Source: an uncultured Clostridia bacterium (lineage in GTDB: Bacteria; Bacillota; Clostridia; Oscillospirales; Acutalibacteraceae). Taken from it: 64,000 bases of DNA. Shown one piece after another: positions 57,383 to 64,000 of the stretch; positions within the stretch are counted from its first letter, which is position 1; every line of letters starts with the position of its first letter. The stretch lies in the NCBI GenBank assembly GCA_947627055.1, contig CANQUS010000009.1, positions 1,029-65,028 on the forward strand. Reading direction: 5' to 3'. A program made the translations under genes and the position numbers. The notes under the pieces are model-generated. The model was not told the origin of the DNA, ran no database searches, and saw nothing but the letters and a program-made list of their open reading frames with translations.

Positions 57383-58258
57383 TTAAACTGATTTATTTAA
57401 GGTTTTCACACCTTTTTCAAGGACAAACGGTACTATCGCAAGAACAAAATATGTCCCATAAGCAACATATGCCAATGAACTGAAGCTCAGCTTTTCGTTA
57501 AGAGTACCCGACGCATAAAAATCGACAGACAACTTCCACATACATTGAATAACGATTATAAAACTGAAAAATATAATAGAAGCCGCGATGAGTATCGCGT
57601 CAGACTTTCTGAATTTAAATAATGAAAAGCTGCTGCGCCCGCTCAGATCACCTCCTCTGGCACGAAATGAATCCGCAGTATCGACCGAGGTCTCGAGCGA
57701 CCATGTTATGAGCGATGACAGAACCTTTATACCGCCCTTTATATCATCAATAATAGTATCCTTGTTATAGATTCCTATGGCTCGCTGGGTGTTGTTTATT
57801 TCAACTGCTCTGCGGCGGTATAGAGGTATAAACCTCAGAGACATCGACAAAAACAAAGCAAGACGGGGACTGAATCGCCCGAAAATATATGTAACCCTAT
57901 CCGAGGTCATTATCTCTGAAAAGGAAACGAACCAGATCATGACAGACAGTATCATTAAAGCGTTATCCGCTCCGTACATTAGAGCCTCAAGCGTTACAGC
58001 CCTGCCGTTGACGAAAAACAAAACCGTTTCACCGTTTCGGGAGAATATCGGGTTTATTACCGTTATCAATATAAAAATCATTATCCAAACGCAAATAGCT
58101 TTAAGGGGCATTTTCCGAAAAACGGAAACGTAAAACAGAACCGCTCCGACAAGAGAGAGCGCCTCGATAACCGGATTCTGAATAAACATAGCGATCATCA
58201 CGATCGACGCGAAATAAACAAAAACCGATATAGGATTATATTCCGAAAATGATCTCAT
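57383..58258 (-). CDS. energy-coupling factor transporter transmembrane (T) component, EcfT/CbiQ family
   Basis: Polytopic ORF with EcfT coupling-helix region (ARG-type motif FRARGGDL). The likely ATG at 58256-58258 overlaps the upstream stop as ATGA. Confidence 0.8.
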   Translation of the reverse strand: MRSFSEYNPISVFVYFASIVMIAMFIQNPVIEALSLVGAVLFYVSVFRKMPLKAICVWIMIFILITVINPIFSRNGETVLFFVNGRAVTLEALMYGADNALMILSVMIWFVSFSEIMTSDRVTYIFGRFSPRLALFLSMSLRFIPLYRRRAVEINNTQRAIGIYNKDTIIDDIKGGIKVLSSLITWSLETSVDTADSFRARGGDLSGRSSFSLFKFRKSDAILIAASIIFFSFIIVIQCMWKLSVDFYASGTLNEKLSFSSLAYVAYGTYFVLAIVPFVLEKGVKTLNKSV

Positions 58259-60210
58259 TCCGCCATACCCTTTCCAAGCGTCGTTGTATACACCCACTCC
58301 ACGACGTCGCCGTCCTCAAGCTCATAGCCCGAACAGCCCACGCTCGGTGTTTCGCCGTTTACCCTATATATCCAACCCGAAAGCTCTCCGCAGTCAAACT
58401 CATACAGATAGTTTATACCCTTTATGTAAACAGTTCCAAATTCATTATCGTCGCTGCCGTCATAGTCAAGCTGAATATGATTTTTCTTTGCCGCGCTCAG
58501 CAAAACATCGAAAACAGTGTCTCCTTCATTGATCGAAATTTCCGTATCGCTGAGAATAACTCCGTCTGACGGAATTTTATCGTTTTTGACATTTCCGACC
58601 GCTTCTTTGCATGATATTGACATAACAACCGCTGCGCTCTCGGCTTTACTCCCGCTTGAGGTTTCTCCGTAATATTGTTCCGCCGTTTCGATTCTGACAG
58701 TAAGAGCCGCGAAAACAAGAACAGCGAACATTACAACGAGCAGAATGAAATTTTTTCTGTTGAGCTTCCTTTTAATAATGAGAGCTGTAAGCGCCGCGAT
58801 AAATATTCCGACAATACAAAGTACAATAATCAGATTATAATCCGTATTGCTGTTATTATTGTTCATGCTGTTCTCGGCGGCTACTTCGCTCTTATCATCG
58901 CCTTTGGAAGATAATGATGCGGCAGATCGTAATGCCACTCCGCTTTCGTCGGACGTGATGCTTTTCGATGGCGCTGTTGACGAAATATCAGACAATGAAC
59001 TATCATCTATCGCTTTTGACGACGCTTGTGGCGATTTGCTTGATGCGCTTGAGCCTGCCGATGTTCCGTTAGAATTTGACGATGTTATATTTTGTTTGTC
59101 GGGGGCTTCTGTATCCCCGCTTGTTTGATTATAACTACTTTGTCCTGATGTGCCGTCCGATATTCTCGAAGCATTATCACTGCTCGGCTTCTCAGCGCTT
59201 GATTGCGGCGGCTTGTTTGTTGACGGTCTGCTTACAGTACCACTGACCTCACGCTCTATATTGTTGTCTACAAATTCAAAGAATGACGACTTCCCTTTTT
59301 CGTATCTCCATAGAGATATTAGTGAATAAAGCGATTGAACCGTAGCGAGATCGTTCTCAGCGCCGTCAAGCGTATGAGAAAAGCTCCCGTCGCTTTTGCG
59401 AAATCTCATAAGTCCGTCATACACCGTATTTCCGTTTTTTATAAAACGTCCGTCCGTTTTATAATTTATCTTCATAGTATTCAGCGCAAGCAGTACCTGA
59501 GCCGTGCTTTCAGCCGTTTCCGCACCGTAGCTTTTAAACGCGCCGCTTGTCTGCTGTCTTTGCGAGAGATACTCAATAGCCTTGTCCACAGCTGATTTAA
59601 CGTCGTTGTACTTATAATATCTCGCTAACGACTGTATCGCCGCAGCTGTAACATCGACATCGGAGCTTTGTGCCAATCCCCAGCCGCCGTCGGATAATTG
59701 GAGCGATAAAATCTCATTTATTATCTCATCACGCGTCATACTGCCGTAATATGAACCGCAGTCGAGCATTATCAGTCCGTAGATATAGCTCATCACACCG
59801 AGCTTACCTATCGTGCTGTTAAGCGCTGTATCTATATTGGGAGAAGTATAACCCATGGCAGTATATACTATTGCTATTCTTTGCTTATCCACAGCGCGGA
59901 GGTTACTCGTAGATGATGTAAAAGCATCGAGGGAACTCTTGCAGTTCGAGAAGTCAGGCTTATATTTATAGCGCGACAGGGAGATCGCATACCAGTCGGC
60001 AGCGCTGTTTCCCATATCAGCACTTATATCATCAACCAAGGATTGCACAGAGCCGTTATTCTTCCACCTTAATATATCGTCAATTACAGCCTCGACACTA
60101 TATGATCCTGCCTTAGCGGTCATGTAAAAATTGGCGGGAAGTATAAATCCCGCCAACATGATTGCAAGAAGTGTAATTGACAGCAATTTTCCTGCTGCAT
60201 TATTCTTCAT
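58255..60210 (-). CDS. surface protein: prenyltransferase-like alpha/alpha toroid, S/T linker, TM hairpin, DUF4430 (transcobalamin-like)
   Basis: 651-aa ORF. It has toroid repeats SDGGWG / TSGAFKSYG / SDGSFSH, two adjacent TM segments and a C-terminal DUF4430 pattern (GWIYRVNGE...Y.LEDGDVVEWVY). Confidence 0.7.
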   Translation of the reverse strand: MKNNAAGKLLSITLLAIMLAGFILPANFYMTAKAGSYSVEAVIDDILRWKNNGSVQSLVDDISADMGNSAADWYAISLSRYKYKPDFSNCKSSLDAFTSSTSNLRAVDKQRIAIVYTAMGYTSPNIDTALNSTIGKLGVMSYIYGLIMLDCGSYYGSMTRDEIINEILSLQLSDGGWGLAQSSDVDVTAAAIQSLARYYKYNDVKSAVDKAIEYLSQRQQTSGAFKSYGAETAESTAQVLLALNTMKINYKTDGRFIKNGNTVYDGLMRFRKSDGSFSHTLDGAENDLATVQSLYSLISLWRYEKGKSSFFEFVDNNIEREVSGTVSRPSTNKPPQSSAEKPSSDNASRISDGTSGQSSYNQTSGDTEAPDKQNITSSNSNGTSAGSSASSKSPQASSKAIDDSSLSDISSTAPSKSITSDESGVALRSAASLSSKGDDKSEVAAENSMNNNNSNTDYNLIIVLCIVGIFIAALTALIIKRKLNRKNFILLVVMFAVLVFAALTVRIETAEQYYGETSSGSKAESAAVVMSISCKEAVGNVKNDKIPSDGVILSDTEISINEGDTVFDVLLSAAKKNHIQLDYDGSDDNEFGTVYIKGINYLYEFDCGELSGWIYRVNGETPSVGCSGYELEDGDVVEWVYTTTLGKGMAE

Positions 60211-61183
60211 TTTTCTTCTTTCCTAAAACAAGAGCCGCGGCGAATATTACCGAGGTGAAAAATGCCGCAGCAAATATCGCTTTTTCGGAATCCCCCGTTG
60301 CGACCGCCTTACCGTCATTTCGGCTGTTTGCTTCGCTTGTCGACTCAACATTATCAGGCTTACTCCCCTGCGAAGCTGAGGGTACTTCGCTCTCGGGCTT
60401 ATCTGACGGTTCTCCGCTCTCGGGTACACTTGACGAGCTTTCAGACAAATCTGATGCGGTTATCTCTACAGAATAATCAGGTTCAAGACGAAGTATGAGC
60501 GGCATACCCTCATCACTTACTTTCTCTGCGGCAACACCATGACTGCCCTCGGTTATGTACTTATCATCGATCTTGACCGAGCCGTTATCATCGGTAATAT
60601 AATCCACCGTACCTCCATCATAGCTCCATGTTACCGTCATATCAGCTACGGGGTTTACAACCGTTGTCGGATCATAGTTGGAATCGTAAACAGTATCCTC
60701 GCTTGTAAACGTGAGAACGCCCTCGGATATTTTTGACCTATCGACAGTAGGGTACTGCATTCCCGCGCCGTACGGGTCGCCATAATAGAGGACTATGCTG
60801 TCACCATCGGAGAGGTTGTATCCGCTGACAGCATCGTTCGGCTCTATACCGTTTACCCTATACAGCCAACCATCCCAGCCGCCGAACGTTCCCTGAACAT
60901 CATTGTTGACCGCTGTTATCCATCCGTTTTCAACGCCGGTTATTGTTATATCGTCGCTCTGCTCGTCAAAATACATAAGCGCGTCCTGAACCGTAAGGCT
61001 TTCAGTGCTGTACGGAACAACGGCGGTATTATAGAAGAGATTCTCCTTTATCCCCTCTATTCTCAGGGTAATTTGCATCTCCTTTTCGTCAGCGGCAAAT
61101 GCGCTGACGCTCAACGTTCCCGCCGCGACCGCCGCCGCGAGTACCAAGCATAAAATTTTTCCCGCTTTTTTCTTTTCTTTCAT
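60200..61183 (-). CDS. secreted DUF4430 (transcobalamin-like) protein with C-terminal sorting signal
   Basis: 327-aa ORF with signal peptide, DUF4430 pattern (GWLYRVNG...YNLSDGDSIVLYY), a beta-rich domain, an S/E/P linker and VATGDS-TM-KKK. Confidence 0.7.
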   Translation of the reverse strand: MKEKKKAGKILCLVLAAAVAAGTLSVSAFAADEKEMQITLRIEGIKENLFYNTAVVPYSTESLTVQDALMYFDEQSDDITITGVENGWITAVNNDVQGTFGGWDGWLYRVNGIEPNDAVSGYNLSDGDSIVLYYGDPYGAGMQYPTVDRSKISEGVLTFTSEDTVYDSNYDPTTVVNPVADMTVTWSYDGGTVDYITDDNGSVKIDDKYITEGSHGVAAEKVSDEGMPLILRLEPDYSVEITASDLSESSSSVPESGEPSDKPESEVPSASQGSKPDNVESTSEANSRNDGKAVATGDSEKAIFAAAFFTSVIFAAALVLGKKKNEE

Positions 61184-61334
61184 TGTTTACATTCTCCTTC
61201 TTGAAACGACCAGTAAGAGAATGTTCATTCCCTATTATTACCGATCATTTCATAAATTTATAGATTCGGAAAATAGGGAAAACAAATAAAACCGATCGGC
61301 AAAACGCAAATCGGCACAGCATAAACAAGCGAAG

Positions 61335-61510
61335 TCCAGACCTCGCCCATTGCACTCTGTACTCTCCCACAAGCCCGAAAGTATCACAATACGGCTAATC
61401 AAGCGGCGAGCGACCCGACTTGACATCGGCGGTGTGCCGAAGCATACGGTAATGGCGGTTGCGCCGGATTCTCACCGGACTTCCCTCAGTTCCGCTTGAA
61501 GTTATTAACT
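61335..61510 (-). promoter_or_regulatory. cobalamin (B12) riboswitch
   Basis: The minus strand reads GAGGGAAGTCCGGTGAGAATCCGGCGCAACCGCCA...GT, the conserved core. A B12-box-like AAGTCGGGTCGCTCGCC lies at about 61404-61423. It sits between a TTGACC-17-TATACT promoter and the DUF4430 gene. Matched to the consensus by eye only. Confidence 0.7.
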
Positions 61511-61521
61511 TTTACAGTTCG

Positions 61522-61550
61522 AGTATAACATATTATATCAATGCGGTCAA
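61522..61550 (-). promoter_or_regulatory. sigma-A type promoter for the riboswitch operon
   Basis: Minus strand: TTGACC (61545-61550), 17-nt spacer, TATACT (61522-61527). Confidence 0.6.
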
Positions 61551-61570
61551 TATTAAGGAACAATTTTTTC

Positions 61571-62026
61571 TCATGCTTCGGGCGGCAGCTCCGCTAATTC
61601 TATTGACGCTCTGCGCTGTACATATTCATTTTTGTCGCTTGCATATCTTTTCAGAAATTCTTCAGCCGTGTTTCTATCATGTATATACTTTATTCTGACG
61701 GCAAGCTGCCATTTCACATCATTCTCACCCGAAAAAAACGACTCCTCACAAAAGCAGATGAGCCACTCCTCGTTTTCCGCTGTTATGTCAGCTAAACCTT
61801 CAGCTTCATTATCCCGAGCCAATATATAAAGCAATTCGTGAAGTTCTTCCTCCGTATATTCATCGTGGGACGAGGAGTGTATCATATTTTTAAACTCGCC
61901 GCATATTGCTTCCCAATCGTCATATTCGGACTCCCACTCTCCGCGTCCGTATTCATAGCCCTGCCGCATGAGCTTTTCAGCCCAATCCTTATATTTCGTT
62001 ATTTCCGAAAATATCTGCCAATATTT
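61571..62026 (-). CDS. hypothetical acidic protein (HEAT-like C-terminus)
   Basis: Likely start MKYWQIF (62024-62026) after AAGGAG. The track ORF extends to GTG 62098. No confident family. Confidence 0.5.
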   Translation of the reverse strand, partial: KYWQIFSEITKYKDWAEKLMRQGYEYGRGEWESEYDDWEAICGEFKNMIHSSSHDEYTEEELHELLYILARDNEAEGLADITAENEEWLICFCEESFFSGENDVKWQLAVRIKYIHDRNTAEEFLKRYASDKNEYVQRRASIELAELPPEA

Positions 62027-62376
62027 CATAGCATTCAAAACTCCTTTTAAAAAAATAATATCATCAATATAATATTTTGTAAAGCGGACGCACTTCACAA
62101 GCAGTTGTCTTTAATCATGTAATTTCTAACTACTATTTCCTATGATCATAGGCATAGCAGCAATCGACACGGGGCGGCGGAGGTTCTGTAACTATGAAAC
62201 GGCATTCGCGGTGGAAAAGCAAAAGAATCTCTTGATAAAATGAAGTATACTGCGCCGTGGCGGGAGCAGTAGAATTTTTGAAACCGTATCATCAGTAATG
62301 CTAATAATATATTTGCTTTAGCCGAGTGCAAAGCCCGACATACGATTTGAACCATGTTTCACGCTAAAATTTACGA

Positions 62377-62405
62377 TTCACATTTGCTTAACAATATGAT
62401 ATAAT
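62377..62405 (+). promoter_or_regulatory. sigma-A type promoter for panBC
   Basis: TTCACA, 17-nt spacer, TATAAT (62400-62405). A leader of about 125 nt follows. Confidence 0.6.
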
Positions 62406-62533
62406 ATTTGCACTGAATGTCGATACCCGAAGCCTGTATTACACCGCAAACAGGACTTCGCGACGGGCAGCGAAAGCACTCAACCAAAGGACTTTCACTT
62501 AAATTTTTTGGAAAGAATCGGAGGAATCATGTC

Positions 62534-63328
62534 ATGAAAAATACTGCCGCTACTTTTAAAAAAGCTAAGGCAACAGGAGAAAAGCTGAGTATGCTTACAG
62601 CATACGACTATACTACCGCACGTCTTGTTGACGGCGCGGGTATCAACGCGATACTCGTAGGCGATTCACTCGGAATGGTCATGCTCGGCTATGACGATAC
62701 TATATCCGTTACTATGGAAGATATGATACATCACAGCGCCGCTGTCGCCAGAGGAGCAAAAAATGCTTTGGTCGTTACAGATATGCCGTTTATGTCGTAT
62801 CAAACAAGCGTTTACGATGCTGTCGTGAACGCGGGCAGACTTATGAAGGATGGACGCGCCGGCGCGGTCAAGCTTGAGGGAGGATCGGAATTTATCGAGC
62901 ATATCTCCGCCATAGTAAAAGCTTCTATCCCCGTTATGGGGCATATAGGACTGACACCGCAATCAGTAAACGCCTTCGGCGGGTTTAAGGTTCAGGGAAA
63001 AACGGACGCGGCGGCACAAAAGCTCATAGACGACGCTAAAGCGCTCGAGGATGCGGGAGCGTTCTCAATAGTCGTTGAGTGCGTACCCGCTGAGCTTGGA
63101 AAAAAAATAACCGAAGCGGTCGGTATTCCCGTTATCGGCATAGGCGCGGGCAGAGACTGCGACGGTCAGGTACTCGTGTATCAGGATATGCTCGCTATGT
63201 ATGATAAAGTAAAGCCTAAATTTGTAAAGGTTTATTCAAATATCGGGGAACAGATGACAGCGGCTTTCAAAGCGTATGACGAAGAGGTCAAAAAAGGGCT
63301 CTTCCCCGCTGACCAAAATACATTTTGA
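62534..63328 (+). CDS. panB: 3-methyl-2-oxobutanoate hydroxymethyltransferase
   Basis: [26 protein letters not shown]...VGDSLGMV...KLEGG. ATG 62534 lies after GGAGGA. Confidence 0.92.
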   Translation: MKNTAATFKKAKATGEKLSMLTAYDYTTARLVDGAGINAILVGDSLGMVMLGYDDTISVTMEDMIHHSAAVARGAKNALVVTDMPFMSYQTSVYDAVVNAGRLMKDGRAGAVKLEGGSEFIEHISAIVKASIPVMGHIGLTPQSVNAFGGFKVQGKTDAAAQKLIDDAKALEDAGAFSIVVECVPAELGKKITEAVGIPVIGIGAGRDCDGQVLVYQDMLAMYDKVKPKFVKVYSNIGEQMTAAFKAYDEEVKKGLFPADQNTF

Positions 63329-63343
63329 TAGGGGAGAATAAAA

Positions 63344-64000
63344 ATGAGAATTGTTAAAACAATAGATGAGGTCCGCAAGGCGGTAAAGGAATGGAAAAGC
63401 ACCGGTTTGTCCGTCGGATTAGTCCCGACTATGGGATATCTTCACGAGGGACACCAAAGCCTTATCGCAAACTCCGTTTCTCAAAACGATAAAACGGTCG
63501 TGAGCATATTCCTCAATCCGATACAGTTCGCCCCGAATGAGGATCTCGAGAGCTATCCGCGCGACCCCGAACGCGACGCGAAGCTTTGTGAGGATACAGG
63601 AGCGGATATTGTTTTTCGACCCGAAGTAAGCGAAATGTACCACGACGACTTCTGTACATATGTGGATATGGACATTCTAACAAAAAATCTGTGCGGCAAA
63701 AGCAGACCTACTCACTTCCGAGGCGTCTGTACTGTCGTTTTGAAGCTTTTTAATATAGTAAAGCCCGACAGGGCATATTTCGGGCAAAAGGACGCACAGC
63801 AGTTAGCGGTCATCAAGCGTATGGTCAGGGATCTCAACCTTGATATAGAAATCGTCGGCTGTCCTATCGTGAGGGAATCCGATGGTCTGGCGAAAAGCTC
63901 ACGAAATACATACCTCAATGAAAAAGAGAGACAAGCGGCGCTTGTGCTTGACCGCTCGCTTAAAAATGGTATAGAGCTAATAGATGCAGGCGAACGAAAC
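63344..64000 (+). CDS. panC: pantoate--beta-alanine ligase (partial; runs off the right edge)
   Basis: ATG 63344. [40 protein letters not shown] (HIGH-type motif). Not in the ORF track because there is no stop in the window. Confidence 0.9.
   Translation, partial: MRIVKTIDEVRKAVKEWKSTGLSVGLVPTMGYLHEGHQSLIANSVSQNDKTVVSIFLNPIQFAPNEDLESYPRDPERDAKLCEDTGADIVFRPEVSEMYHDDFCTYVDMDILTKNLCGKSRPTHFRGVCTVVLKLFNIVKPDRAYFGQKDAQQLAVIKRMVRDLNLDIEIVGCPIVRESDGLAKSSRNTYLNEKERQAALVLDRSLKNGIELIDAGERN

Noticed and set aside
62146-62355. 69-aa ORF upstream of the hypothetical gene
   Set aside because: It has no RBS and odd composition, and it overlaps a region that looks non-coding.

Overview
No database search or computation was run. 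All calls come from reading the ORF translations and the raw sequence.

The window looks like chromosomal DNA of a spore-forming, starch-using anaerobic Firmicute (Clostridia, possibly Oscillospiraceae/Ruminococcaceae-like). That assignment is an inference from spoIIID, ytaF, a cotJC-like gene, a flavodiiron protein and CBM26-like surface proteins.

Most of the window is housekeeping:
- polA (partial) and alr
- a maltodextrin ABC operon with a GH13 lipoprotein
- a YtaF / Ca-ATPase divergent pair
- dgt-dnaG-rpoD
- a MarR plus heterodimeric ABC exporter operon
- recG, aguB-like and spoIIID
- a PadR-DUF1700-DUF4097 triad
- ybaK, fprA, one tRNA(CAT) and a Mn catalase
- cysK, pyrF/pyrC, mrnC and panB/panC

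Six things deserve a second look:
1. A large serine recombinase has its stop codon on the first conserved codons of a 5'-truncated cotJC-type gene. An IS3-family remnant lies next to it. This could be a skin-like intervening element or its scar.
2. A cobalamin-riboswitch-led operon encodes two DUF4430 (transcobalamin-like) surface proteins and a lone EcfT. One of the two proteins has its alpha/alpha-toroid and DUF4430 halves separated by a TM hairpin.
3. An AT-rich GNAT gene is bracketed by inverted copies of a ~150-220 bp repeat.
4. A histidine-free Hpt-like protein sits directly in front of a 1308-aa REC/HD-GYP protein with degenerate GGDEF/EAL modules.
5. An 851-aa membrane protein has an SEEP coding microsatellite and three SR[FY]EKLFG motifs.
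6. Three secreted proteins share an xTGDS-TM-KKK C-terminal sorting signal.

No CRISPR array, rRNA or intact prophage was seen.
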